This document shows positions 1 to 19,825 of a DNA stretch of 64,000 nt, piece after piece (position 1 is the stretch's first letter; each line of letters opens with the position of its first letter). The DNA comes from the human T2T-CHM13v2.0 reference genome, Homo sapiens: assembly GCF_009914755.1 (NCBI RefSeq), contig NC_060938.1. One strand, 5' to 3'. Below the pieces are notes generated by a model that was not told where the DNA came from, ran no database searches, and worked only from the letters and a program-made list of their open reading frames with translations. The position numbers and the translations under genes were made by a program.

Positions 1-84
1 TAATTTATATTCACACTTATTCACTTTTTCACGAATTATATTTAAGGCAATGGGCTTTTTGATGATGTCATAGTAGTCTGGGAC
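1..84 (-). CDS. BAZ1A: BAZ1A exon 26, partial (VPDYYDIIKKPIALNIIREKVNKCEYKL)
   Basis: ttacag|GTCC; bromodomain PDYY..IK.P motif; truncated by window edge. Confidence 0.96.
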
Positions 85-216
85 CTGTAAAATAATTCAA
101 ATATCTCTGTCCACACAGAAAACTTAACTGGAAAGAAGTGTTCAAATAACTAAAAGTTTTGCACTAAAAAGCAACTCAATATGCAATTGCAATATGGTCT
201 TGCTCATGACTCTCTC

Positions 217-300
217 CTCTCTATATAGATATATATGTCTATATAGATGTGTCTATACAGATATATATCTATATAGATATCGCGCTCTCTCTATATATAC
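217..300. repeat. Degenerate (TA)n / TCTATATAGA low-complexity tract
   Basis: repeated self-complementary tctatataga units. Confidence 0.75.
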
Positions 301-973
301 ACACCATTGTCAGTTGTGACCAGAAGAAAAAAAATTCTTCAATGAGCATTATTGCATTTGTAATAATGAATAAAATGTATGTAACAAAGTGTACTTTAGG
401 ACAAAAATTACCCAGGCAAAATGAGTCAAGTCAAACTAAGATTTAATTTTTTTATGCTATTCAATATTAATTAATCCTTCTCATTCTTGCTCTAGAAGTC
501 TCAAAGTAGAATTCTGATGATGTCACTTCTTCATTCAGAAACCTTTACCTCACACTGGTGAGTGAGACCCTTTATAATACAGTTGTGTGTCTGAGACTTT
601 CTAACCCAACCTCATTCAAACCATCCACCATTCACCATATTCTCATTTCTGGGTGTCTACCGTATAGCATATTCCTTTCTCCCTGAAACATCCTTACTGC
701 ATTTCTTAGTGTTGAAATTCTATCCTTCTTCAATGACCAGTTCCAAATAGTTCTCCTTAAAAAGCGTTCTAATTATTATTTTGTCCCTCTGAAATGCTCA
801 AATCAATCTCTGTCTACTCTACTTCTGTAATACCATGATAACTTCTATTCCAGTACCATAACTTTGTTCTATCTTTGCTATATAAGAGATCACATTCTGC
901 CATATATATATATAACCTAACTACAACACCATCTCATATCCTTCAGTTTGATTAGGCCATCACTGTTACCTAA

Positions 974-1934
<961 letters not shown>

Positions 1935-1951
1935 CAGAATAACTTTTATAT

Positions 1952-2133
1952 CAGTGTTTCTCAAAATGTGCTCTCTGGGCCAGGACCATCAGCATCATCT
2001 GGGGACTTGTCAGAAATCCAAGAGTTAGACATCATTCCAGACCTAATGAATCAAACACTCTGGGGCTCAGGAATCAATGTTTTAGCAAGTCCTCCAAATG
2101 ATTCTGAGGCATGCGGTAGTTTGAGAACCACTG
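1952..2133 (+). mobile_element. MER5A (hAT-Charlie)
   Basis: CAGTGTTTCTCAAA ... TTTGAGAACCACTG terminal inverted repeats. Confidence 0.85.
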
Positions 2134-2251
2134 CTTTACATAAGAAAAATATGATTAATGGTACTCAATTAACTCTATTCATATTCATTACATAGAACAA
2201 AAACATTGAGGTCATTGTAACACACCATCATTATTTATAAAGAATCAGTCA

Positions 2252-3215
<964 letters not shown>

Positions 3216-3246
3216 CAACCCTATTGTTTTGAACATAGGAACTGAT

Positions 3247-3774
<528 letters not shown>

Positions 3775-3873
3775 CTAGACAGTGAGTAACAGGTGTTTTG
3801 ACTACTTCAAAGTTATCACGTGGACTAAATCAGATAATATACAGGAATACATTTTATCAAGTCTAGTAATTAC

Positions 3874-4016
3874 CTGGATTTTAGAAACAAGTTTCAAAAA
3901 AGGCCAGCTGTCATCATGTCGTACCAATTCTACAACAAGTTGTTCAAAAGCAGACAATTCATGAACTCCTCCCTGTCGGCCAGAACTCCTTCGACCCAGT
4001 GTCACAGGCGATGGCT
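3874..4016 (-). CDS. BAZ1A: BAZ1A exon 25 (143 nt; bromodomain start, SWPFL)
   Basis: actcag|AGCC ... CCAG|gtaatt; WPF motif. Confidence 0.97.
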
Positions 4017-4341
4017 CTGAGTAAATAATTACAACATTTTAGGTGATAACAAAGCAAAATATTGGTTCACTACACGCCAAACTGGATATATAAATACCAA
4101 ATTCCAACAGAAAATAGACACTCCGTACACTGAGATGTTAACTATTTTCTGGGAGATATGAAAATTCAACCAAAATAGGACCAAATAGTCATTATTTCCT
4201 TTTTGATCTTAAAAATGTCCAATTGCATTAAACATTCATTGGGAACAGATTTTCAGAGTGTAATGCAAAAGAAAAATCTAGAACACAAAAGTTTTTGGAT
4301 TATTTTTACTCAATTTTATTAAAAATACTTTACAGCTACAG

Positions 4342-5169
<828 letters not shown>

Positions 5170-5737
5170 TAATGTTCGAAAAGCAAAATGCTTCCTCACA
5201 GACCTAAGAAAGGTATAGTATAATGAAATCTAAAGTATATGCATTGGTAGAAAGGGTAGTATAGTCCATATATGTATTCAGATGTATAAATTCTCTCCTT
5301 GCAGTGTAGGTCCACACATTTCCCCTTTTGTTTGTCCTTAGTACCAGGCTTAGCAATTTCACAAATCAATGAAAACAAAAAGTTTTTCTTCCTAGTTTTT
5401 TGAGTAAAAATGTTTCAAGTGTATTATTTCTCCAAACAGCTTGGAGAATTGGGGAAAAGCAAAACAGATAAGTGGATAGGAAAAGCTAAATTAGATCCTG
5501 ACTGGTACAAAATTAGGATACTTCCCCTAAAAAACTTGACAATCTGGTGACTGCATAAACAGATTACGTGCCATTCTTTCACCAATGAATTCCTTAATCC
5601 TGCTGCGTATCCGAATAATGCAATATAATGTATCTAAAATTCTCTGAAGAACAGTGGCTTTTTTTTTTTTTTTGAGAAACAGTGGCATTTTTTATGTTTA
5701 GCTTCATTTAAAAAACAACAACAAAAAAATAGGGCCA

Positions 5738-6467
<730 letters not shown>

Positions 6468-6926
6468 GACAGCTGGTCATCGCTTCCTAAAAATATTACT
6501 GCTTCCAACTCTCCCTTTCCCCCAAATTCAGTATTTGAGATGGGAACCTTACCAAATAATCTGATGTAGCTTGTCTAGGTGATGCTGAGTATTTGCGTTT
6601 TGAGGGAGGAAAAGGTGGGAGAGAGTGAAATGTGTTATAATGTAGTATCCTGACACTGTTCAAATATTGGCCAAATATCTCCATTAAAAACAGAACGTCA
6701 TTTGTAAGTTTATTACCCTGCTTCACTAGTAGAAATATTAGTAATATAATTTATTCATTAAATAGTTGCCCCTTCAATGACTATTATGCTTCAGGTCAGA
6801 TTGTTCCCTAATAACTTTGTGTATCTTAGTGACAGACTTTAAAAAATGATCCAAAGTATCTCAACATTCGATATTTCCAAATTATTCAATTTTCCTAGGG
6901 AAGGAAGAGTTTAGATTTCTTCATAC

Positions 6927-7393
6927 CTGGAGATTGTCTTTTTCTGCATCTTCTTTTGGATTCACTCTCTTGGAGAGAAAGTTTTGAAGCAATATTTACA
7001 GATCTTGACTGTTCACTTGACTTTGTGGCAATGACTCTGAAGTTAGGGAAGTTGGGACTATTTTCTGGTGTATTATTAGCACTTTTCCTGCCTCTGCGTT
7101 TTCTACGAGGACTAAGCAATTCCACAAATACATCTGCTTGCAGTGGGCCATGACTGTGGCGAGTAGAACGACTGGCAATTCTTAAAGATTTTGTTTCTGT
7201 AGGAGGAGCAGAGTTTATCTTTCTTAGGCTTCTACCAGTTTTAGAAGAAACAGTTGTTTTGGGTGTGCTCTGCTGACTCCTTGAAGGGTATCTTCCAGGT
7301 TCTTGTTGTTGGCCACGACTTGAGAAAGAAGAGCTAAGTTTCCCTCTTGTTTTAACTGGCAATCTAACTTGTGGTCTTCCTCGTTTGGGTAGG
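6927..7393 (-). CDS. BAZ1A: BAZ1A exon 24 (467 nt; basic S/R-rich linker LPKRGRP...KRQSP)
   Basis: ttatag|CCTA ... CCAG|gtatga; ORF 6895..7434. Confidence 0.97.
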
Positions 7394-7635
7394 CTATAAA
7401 TATTGTTAGAAAACACAATTATTGTACAGAGCAATGATGAACATATGATTAGCTCTATTCTCCTTGTTGTATTTAGCCAATGAGTTTATACAAATTTTCT
7501 ATATAACTGAGACTTATCCTAGACTCAATTCCTTAAAGAGTCAGTAAGTTTTAAGTTCTCAAGGGAATCTAAAATGTGCTTTCATGTATTTCTTTGAAAT
7601 GCAAAGAGAATTATCTGCAAAGAGAATATTTTATG

Positions 7636-7939
7636 TTTTCTTTTCTTTTCTTTATTTTTTTTTTTTGAGACAGAGTATCACTGTCACCCAGGCTGGAGTG
7701 CTGTAGTACGATCACGGCTCACTGCAGCCTGACCTCCCTGTGATCAGGTGCTCCTCCCATCTCAGACTCCTGAGTAGCTAGGTGTGTACCACCATGCCTG
7801 GCTAATTTTTGTAGTTTTTTGTAGAGATGGGGTTTTGCTATGTTGCCCAGGCTGGTCTCAAACTCCTGGACTCAGGCGATCTGCATGCCTCGGCCTCCCA
7901 AAGTGCTGGGATTACAGGCGTAAGCCACCGTGCCCAGTC
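7636..7939 (-). mobile_element. AluJ-like
   Basis: antisense Alu consensus. Confidence 0.88.
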
Positions 7940-8731
7940 CATATCTTCTTGGTAACTTCAGGACATCATTATGAAAATTAAGTCCTAAATTCTGATAAAT
8001 TGTAATAAAATGCTCAGGAGAACCAACAAATAGACTTAGTCAATCATGTTGGAAAACTTAAGAGTAATGAAGTAATCTTAAAATGAAATTCTTTTGTCTC
8101 CTTTTGCTACAGGAGACTACCACTTTTCATTATCATTGATACTGAGATAACCTACAGTTTTAGCCAGTGGCTGCCAATGAAGTGGGCCTTGAACCCGTGG
8201 TTCCTGAATACCACGCCAAGAACCTCTCTGTTGTCTTCTGATTCTGACTATAAAACTATATTTAATCTTTTAACTGTCCTTAATTAAAAGAATGCAACAC
8301 CTCCATTAACTCATTATTCCTCTCCCCATATACCTGGACTTCCAGTTTATCCCATGTACTTGCAAGAACTTTCCACATTCTTTATCATCTTTATGCCTAA
8401 CATAATACTGCCCTCACAAGCTACAGGGAAGATGGCTCTTCTAGCTGGTATTTCTTAAAACCTTGTTTAAAACAGATGGGGTGGCTCTATCTCAACTTCT
8501 CCAACTGTGGTCCTTTTGCACTTTTGCAGTTCTAGGTTGCCTTGCTTCATACTCATTTTCCTGCTTCCACAAGAATGGGGTTCAAATGTTTAAAAAAAAA
8601 AAAAAAAGCCGGGGGGAGGGGGATGATAAGAACAAGGAGCACAATGACTTCCCTGATATGACTGGCTATGGTCAGGCCTGCTGACAGAAAACCCCCAGTA
8701 GATCTGTCTAGCTTATAGCTACCGGTTAGAC

Positions 8732-9103
8732 ATAGGCACCTCATTTTATAGTGCTTTGTGCTTCACTGCATGCTACAATTATAATTTTTTTTTAAACAAA
8801 CTGAAGGTTTGTGGCAATTCTGCATCAAGCAAGTTTATTGGCATAATTTTTCCAACAGCATGAGCTCATTTTTTATCTCTCTGTCAGATGATTGTTAGCA
8901 TATTTTAGCAATACATTATTTTTAAATTAAGATATAGAAATGCACTTTTTTTTTAGACATAGTGCTACTGCATGCACACTTAGGAGACTACAGTGTAATG
9001 TAAACATAATTTTTATATGCCCTGGGAAACCAAAAAAATTTGTAACTTGCTTTATTGCTGTGGTCTGGAATTGAAATGGCAGTATCTTTGAGGTAAGCCT
9101 GTA
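8732..9103 (-). mobile_element. Internally deleted Tigger1 (TcMar) remnant
   Basis: degenerate CAGGCATACCTC-type termini at both ends and GTGGTCTGGAA subterminal motif. Confidence 0.75.
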
Positions 9104-9444
9104 TATCTACCTTGTGGATATAAAATTCTAAATATCCCTTTATTTCGGCCCTCAACCGGAGGTTCAAGTAAGGGGAGATTGCCCCAGTGCTGCCACAGAA
9201 GGAATATCCAGGCTCCACACTCATTCGCTAGGCCTGAATGACACAGCATGCTAAGTTGCAGAATACTTAGTTATATGGTAGTATAGAAGCTGTTTCCAGG
9301 TGCTAATGTGGCAGAAGTATAAAAATACAGTGCATTTATCACTCTCTCTCAGATTCCCCAAATTATCAATACTCCCTTGGGAATATTTTTGAATGTTTAT
9401 AATATATAAAAAGCAAGGGTAACTTCAGGCCACTATACGTTAGT

Positions 9445-9761
9445 TTCTTTTTTCTTTTCTTTTTTTTTTTTTTTTTTTGAGATGGAGTCTCGCTCTTGTC
9501 ACCCAGACTGGAGTGCAATGGCGTGATCCGTTACCTCACTGCAACCTCCGCTCCCGGGTTCAAGCAGCTCTCCTACCTCAGCCTCCCGAGTAGCTGGGAT
9601 TACAGATGTCCACCAACACCTTGGCTAATTTTTCAATTTTTAGTAGAGACGGGGTTTCACCATGTTGGCCAGGCTGATCTCGAACTCCTGACCTCAGGTG
9701 ATCTGCCTGCCTCAGCCTCCCAAAGTGCTGGGATTATAGGCATAAGCTACCGTGTCCAGCC
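9445..9761 (-). mobile_element. AluS
   Basis: antisense Alu consensus. Confidence 0.9.
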
Positions 9762-9876
9762 TATATATTAGTTTTAAACTAAGTTACAGACCCTAACTAT
9801 TCCATTTGTATTTGAATAGTGGAGAAATTGTCTAACTAAGACTTACTGACTCATTTTATTGCATGTTAGGACTTAC

Positions 9877-10103
9877 CTGACTTCTTCCTCTTCTTGAGAG
9901 TCATCTTCATCTTGTTCTACCTCATACTCTTCCTCCTCACTTTGACCTTCTTCTTCATCGCCATCAACTTCATCATCCTCACCTCCCATACTGTCTTCCA
10001 CATCTTCATCACTTTCCAAGGATGGTCTCTGTCTAGAGGAGAGTCTTCTAGAACGTTGCTTTGGTCGACATTCTGGACAAAACCAGTCTCCTTCAGGCAC
10101 AGT
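9877..10103 (-). CDS. BAZ1A: BAZ1A exon 23 (227 nt; PHD end WFCPEC and acidic tract)
   Basis: tttcag|ACTG ... TCAG|gtaagt; 87-nt intron to exon 22. Confidence 0.97.
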
Positions 10104-10190
10104 CTGAAAAAATCACATAAATGATCATTAATCATCTATTGCTCAAAATCTTAATGTCTCATTTCTAATCTGATAAGAAGAAAAAAATAC

Positions 10191-10438
10191 CTTGAGCTTT
10201 GGTCGAACACAGTAGGTATGATGACCCCTATCACAGCCATCACAAAGAACCATGTTTTCAGCATCGCCTTTCTTTCGACATATCTTGCAACGCGCATTCA
10301 GTATAGATTTAGACCATATCACGCTACGATCCAAGGTGGATAGGTGAAGAAAAACTTGGGATAGACTAGCAGAAGAAAGGAGAGACTCTCTCCAACGGTC
10401 CAGAACTGTTTTATAAGAACGCCCACTGTCACTGGCAT
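10191..10438 (-). CDS. BAZ1A: BAZ1A exon 22 (248 nt; ASDSGRS... PHD finger CKIC...CDGC..HTYC..KLK)
   Basis: tttaag|ATGC ... CAAG|gtattt; phase 1-0. Confidence 0.97.
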
Positions 10439-11199
10439 CTTAAATGAAAAGGGAAAGTGATTACAATTTTTTAGGCAAACCTAGTAATCTTCCTAGAAAT
10501 AGTTTGTTGGTAGTTTAAATATAGGTTAGATTTTACATTTCTTTTCTTCTGATACTTAACAAAAAGACCATGCTGATATTAAAAACAAAAATCTCATGGA
10601 AAATATTTGCTGAGCCGCATCTCGTTTATGACATAAGGAATTACTTAAATTCATAAATCAAATGCTAAGGGATTTTAATAGCTAAAGAGAAAAATAATTC
10701 AGACAATGTGTTCTCAATCTAGTCTTTGTATCAAATCTTGAGCTAATTTTAAAAACTGGTTACATATGATTCCAAGTCTATACTATTCATTTGCATGAAG
10801 TATGTTACTTCCTCATCTCATATAAAAGATGGACTGTTCTCCAACTTAAATTATCTTCTAAGAAAATAGTTTTAAAATTGTGGTAAGTAAAAACAATGTT
10901 AATACTACCAAAATGGATTTTTCAGCACTAATATTTATATAGAAACATTTGAAACCTTCTGTCACTTAACATCACCATTCTTTATCTTCTGGGCTAAAAA
11001 ATTTAATCATCTGATTAAATGCTATCAATCAATAGTCATTTTATACTGGTGTGTGATTTCCACTTCAATCTTTAATATTGTTACCACCTTAATTTTCCAA
11101 AAACATTATACTTAATTCTGCAAGGTATATAAGACTCCATACATAATCTGGTTCTATAATACCATTATTTCCTACTATTATTCTCAAATAAAACCTCTT

Positions 11200-11440
11200 G
11201 GGCAGTAGCATAACGGTTAAGAAAATGCAGGCTTTGGAGACAGTCTGCTCTGAGGTGAGTACTGGCTCCCCCATATGAACTTGGGCAAGTTAACCCATCT
11301 GTCTCTCAGTTTCCTCAACTGTAATACATGGAGAGTATCTGCCTCTAAGGGTTGCTGGAAACATTAAATGAGATAATACGCATAAGGCATTGAAGTATCT
11401 GTCACAGTAAATGCTAATATTACTATCGTTATTAGTGCAC
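11200..11440 (+). mobile_element. MIR
   Basis: TTGGGCAAGTTAACC...CTCAGTTTCCTCA core. Confidence 0.75.
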
Positions 11441-12436
11441 TGTATAGCTCCCCCTATGTGCAGCACTTTAGAAGATAAGAAACTAGTCTATTCTATGGTC
11501 CCTATCTTCAAGGAATGTTTAGTACAGCTGGAAAAGTGAAGAAATACACAATGAGTTAAAACCATAAAGCAGAGACCTGTCAAGTACCAATGGACCTTGA
11601 GCTCCTGTTTGCCTGTCGGGTAGGGTGAGATTGACAGGACATGAAACCTAGGGCCCATCAGGGTGGTTAGTCCCTCTCTAAAAAGCCAGGACCCCAGAAA
11701 GCTACCCCTTCAAGTGTCAGAGTGGAAACAGGCACTACATGAAAAAATGGAGAGCAAGGAAGTTGATTCACCTAGACTTCGGCGTTGGTTAGAAAGGGAA
11801 AATAATCTCCCTGAGGATCAAGCAAAGCCTTGAACAGGTTTAAAACCCAAAAAAACATAGGCTAAGATTTTAAAGTAGTCTAGGATTGCTAGTGACCTCA
11901 AGTGAATGGCAGAAACAAGTACAAATCTTTGCAAATTCTCTCTGAAAAGATTTTCACAGATGAAATCTGAGGAATGAGAGTTAATCAAAACCACAAGGCA
12001 CATGTGGAAACAAAACATTAAGTGAAAGCCAGCAGAATCAAACTCATAAAGACTTCAGATACTAGAATTAGAAACAGAATATAAAATAACTTTAATATGT
12101 TTTAAGAAGTTTAAAATATGAATAACCAGGCAGTTTGAAAAAGATCCAGTTAGAACTTTTCAAAATGATTGAGATTAAAAACAGAGGCAAAAACACAGTG
12201 GATGGGTCAAATGGCTCTTCAAAGCTGACATGTTAATGAAGTTGGGAAAATACAAAGCTATTACTTAGAATGCAGCATCAGTAATATTTTTCCATCTTTA
12301 TCTATGTTGTTTTGTTTTAGGTGTGTCTTTTGTAGACAGTATATAAACCAGCTAGATTTTATGTTAATACAGTCTTTTCTTCTATTTGCTTCACTCTCCC
12401 TGTCAACTATCCAAAACTGTATCTAACGTCTAATTG

Positions 12437-12782
<346 letters not shown>

Positions 12783-13859
12783 TCATTGTGAGCGTTTTAC
12801 TTATCTTGGTTTTTAAAATATAAGCCTTCATGAAAAGTTCTGGCCTGAGCAGGGCCTCTAAGGAATGAGGAAGCACGAATAGCTAGTTCAAAGATCATGA
12901 TCCTTCTGGGTAAATCAGAGAATATTCTCATTGGTAATGGCTGGCAAGGAATAAGGTTGCAGAGGTCAATGTGAAGGAATGGGAAGAAAGACAAATTATG
13001 AAGAACTTTTAGAATCTTGGAAATTAGTTTGAATGATTTTTTAATGCAAAGGTTGGTGAAATGCTATGGGATTTGATTAATGGGGTGGTTTAAGAAAATT
13101 AAACCAGCAGTAGCTCAAGGCCCAATTCTTATTCTAGTCCATAATGAATGTGCCTATTTTTCTATTTTTGCATAGTACTGATATAAGGATAGAAAACAGT
13201 ATATACAATTGATTCCATTTTTCTGTTGTTTCCTTATCTTAAACCTTGCTTTCCCCCCAGATTACACAACCGTAAAGGGCAGAAAATGTCTTGTTTATCT
13301 TTTATCTTCCATTATGCTAGCACAGATAAATTCCTCCATAAATTATTAAAAGGATCTTACTAATATAAAATACTGGCAGTCACATAATCAAATATTATAG
13401 TGGGAGACTTCATACTGTTCAATGGCCACTATACAGTAATCCATGTGACCAGGACAGGCTTCTCTAGGGGACAAAACATAAAAACTCTTGTCCTATGTCT
13501 CTCCAAGCTAGTAAAAGAAAAAAAATGCTGTGAATAAATACTTTATGTGAAACAGGTAAACATAAGTTCCACAGCCATTCATTCTTTTCACTAATAGCTA
13601 AGTATACAAAGATTCACCGGTGTCAACTTTCTATATGCCAATTTAGAAGAGTGATTAGCTGAGGTGTGAAATATAGAAAGGGAAATGCTAGGAAGATACT
13701 ATTTTAAGCTTACCCCCAAGTCCATTCCCTTCCAAAAAAATCAAATCCAAGGTTTTCCTTCAAAAGCTAAATATGCAAATCACTATTCAGCCATAGAGAA
13801 AGTAAAATCATTCTTTAAAAAGACAAAACATAAATTTCTTTAAAAAGTTAAAAATTTAC

Positions 13860-13950
13860 CATCTCTCACACTAGATAGATCTTCCTCTCTCTTTTTCTTG
13901 TCCTTTTTTTTTTCTATCTCCCTTTTGATCCTTATTAATTTCTGTTTTAC
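13860..13950 (-). other. Candidate vestigial/poison exon in BAZ1A intron 21 (91 nt)
   Basis: aattag|GTAA ... GATG|gtaaat, CTAAC branch motif about 21 nt upstream; purine-rich K/D/E codons; frame broken only by an A10 run. Confidence 0.6.
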
Positions 13951-15308
13951 CTAATTTCAAACTGATATAGTTAGTTGAAGATTTTTTTTTCATAGCTTAA
14001 GGGTTTAAGCATAAGTATGACTTTAAAAATAACAGAATTATCAATCTTAAAAAACATCCTCATGTATCTTACCTAAAACAAAACATGATTTTATCTTCCC
14101 CAAATGAAAAAAAGTCTACTTTTAGCAGTATGATTAATCTCTAGAATAAAAGGGACATATTAGAGAGGTAGAACGTAAGTAGAATTTTTATTTCGTACAT
14201 GCTTCCTCAAGAAACTGAAATGACTTCTGAAGCTAAATTGGGAAAATGCCTACTATGATTAATTTGCTATCCTGAAATATTATCAGGTGAATGGAGAATT
14301 TCGATATATATTCCATCTCAAATATTCATAAAGTAAAACCTGCTTTTCTCTTCCCAATCACTGATATTCTTGATTGCTTTATTTCAGATAGCCTATCTCC
14401 ATCTCCTGCTGTCCTGTGCAAAACAGACCTTTCAAAGGCTTAAGTTATTCTAATAACTTTTTATGGAGCAGCAACAGTAGACACCCATATTATAAATGAC
14501 CAACATTTGACTTCAACCAATATTTAACTTTGACACTACCAAAGTAACAAACTTTTCTTATTTCACTTATTTCTTAAGATCTTGAATTATAACTTTCTAT
14601 CTTTTGGAATGAAATTAATGTTTGAAAACCACTGTATACAAACCAGCATAAGGAACAGTGTCTCTCATATAACCTACTAGACAAGTTGTAACAACTCTCA
14701 ATGTTAACCTTTTTCTTTGTCTAAATATTTAATAAGTTGTGCAGATGAAAATACAGACATACTAAACAATTAATTTGATTTTCCCCCCTTCAACTTAAAA
14801 AAACTTTAATGAAAATTTCAGAAGTGGGAAAATAAGCAATATTGTGTCTTATCCTTTTACTCTTTTGGAATCACAGTGTTAGTAGTAACAGTATCTTACA
14901 TTTATAAAACCTGCATGATTTGCAAATAATTTTAAATTGAAATTTTAATTTAGCTAATTGTGTATTAATATGTGGTTGTAATAAATACAGAGTGATCCCT
15001 TGTACACATAACTGGATTTACACAAAGAAAATCCTAAGAAATACTGAAGACTGGGAAATAAAAGTGACATAGCAAATACCAACTCTGCTATCTTTGGGAG
15101 CTGTGATTATACATATTTTATTTCTTACAATTGCTACTTTCAATGTGGCCAGTGGGTTATTAAGCTTATGGTACGATTATCAATTTACAACAGTGTGAAT
15201 AGACTTAATGAGATACTGGCCACAACTCTTCAATTTAAAAAGTTTACCAGTATATTCACATTTCAAAACTGCTCTGATTGCACTATGAAAACTTTGTTCT
15301 AATAATGA

Positions 15309-17423
<2,115 letters not shown>

Positions 17424-17794
17424 TAAAATGATCATTTTAAAGTGCAAACTCATTCACTCAAAGCCTTTGTACATGGTTTTTCTTCCCAGTGTCCTATTTT
17501 TCTCAACTTTAGGGCTCAGCTTTGCAGTCACTTCCTCTTGCACTTCCTTTACTATCTCCCATGTTCTACTAAGACAAGTAGCCCGCCCATGTACTTCATC
17601 TGCACTGGGTATAACCTTCTATCAGTACCCCATTCTAGTAAATATAATGCTAGCCTCATGTTTCTCCACTGTTCCCTTCTAGATGACAAACTGCTTAAAG
17701 GCATATAATATCCAAAATAATCTTGAAAAAATAAAAGTATCTATAGATATATGGATATAGATTCTGATTAGTAATAATATTTAATACTTATACT

Positions 17795-18378
<584 letters not shown>

Positions 18379-18741
18379 TCAAATAACATTCAAGTCTACC
18401 AGAATTTACTAATTTACTAAGTTTTCCTATAGAAAAGAAGAATAATAGTATAATTACTTTCCAAAATTAATAAAACCTTAAGTTCAAAGATTAAAAAAAA
18501 AAACTTTAAGAAATTATCATTATTCGAATGAATTGTTTTTTGGTTGCATTAGTACAAAGTGGAGTAACAGAGATCCTGAGGTTTAGAAAATGATCAGTCC
18601 AATGGTTACAAATATCAAGGTCCTCACGACAAGTTTTTAAAATAAGAAAAAGCAACATATTTACTTAAAAACCAAAAAAAAAAAAAAAACCTTAAAATGG
18701 CAAGGAAAAGTAATGGTTACTTTAGAAAAATCTTTTTGTAC

Positions 18742-18896
18742 CTGTCTTTTACTATGACCTTTGTTTGTTCATCAATTTCCATCTCTTCTACGTCTTCATT
18801 CACAGTTTTAATTATCCCATTTTCCTTGTTTTCCTCACTTAACAGCTCATACCGTCCACTTTCTAATGCTGATCTCCAGATATGTCGATCTGTAAC
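18742..18896 (-). CDS. BAZ1A: BAZ1A exon 20 (155 nt; VTDRHIWRS...VIVKD)
   Basis: ttacag|GTTA ... ACAG|gtacaa; ORF 18717..18905. Confidence 0.96.
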
Positions 18897-19496
18897 CTGT
18901 AACAAAATTCAAACTTACTAACCATGAAAAATGGAATATATTGTTTCTGAGAGGTATGAAGTTCAATATGCATATAAAATCAATTCATGGATATTTTAGA
19001 AATGATTATGAATCAAAAAGGTATCTAAAAATAAGGTTACTAAGTGGCCAAACTGGAATTCATATTCTTCATAGATGAAAACCATAATGCCTTACTTTCT
19101 GTATAAATAAATCATAAACAGTTCTAAGATTGGTCACTTGATAGCAGCAAAAAAGTGACAGATGATGGCAAAGGCATGAACAGAATACATTATCAGCCAT
19201 GAATTACAGATTTTAAAAAGGTAACAAAGAAACCAACAAACCAACCAGACTCAGCAGAGAAGGCAGGGGCTAGTCAAGGAAGAAGAAAATATCCTTACGC
19301 ATTTCAACATCTGATGAAAATATCGGAAAAAATATTTTTATGCAGGGGAATAAACTTAAGTTTTCATAAAAAATTTATCATTCTCTGGTGTTTATTCAAA
19401 ACACATATGCCTTGTCTATGCCATATAATTAACAAATATGACCAAAATTCTGGACCAAGTAGATTAGACAAACTAAAAATGGGAACAAGTACAAAC

Positions 19497-19660
19497 CTTG
19501 ATGGCTCCTAATGTTCCTTGGTAGATTCTATCTTCAATATCTAAAAGAAAATCTCTCAGCCTTAGTTCAAGTTGCTTTTCTGCACACATCTGAGATGGAT
19601 CATATGCATTGGAAGATCTTCCCCGACTATATGTTGGTTTGCTATCAGGCTGAGGTTTGT
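19497..19660 (-). CDS. BAZ1A: BAZ1A exon 19 (164 nt; KPQPDSK...GTLGAIK)
   Basis: tttcag|ACAA ... CAAG|gtttgt; ORF 19473..19676. Confidence 0.96.
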
Positions 19661-19825
19661 CTGAAATAGTAATCAAATACTTTTATTATGATTTTCTTAT
19701 TAAAAACTACAATTACTCCATGTGGCTGTTATGATCTTGAAATAACAGATATAAAAGTGCTTTGTAAATCCTCAAGTGCCACAAATGAATGAATGAATGA
19801 ATGAATATCATTTATCTTATAAAGC

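Noticed and set aside
8460-8720. Unique sequence followed by A16, suggesting a processed pseudogene
   Set aside because: No poly(A) signal, TSD or recognisable parent gene seen; needs BLAST
14380-14490. Short inverted repeats (aagttatt-ct-aataactt; agatag/ctatct)
   Set aside because: Too short and AT-rich to exceed chance; no recognisable ncRNA
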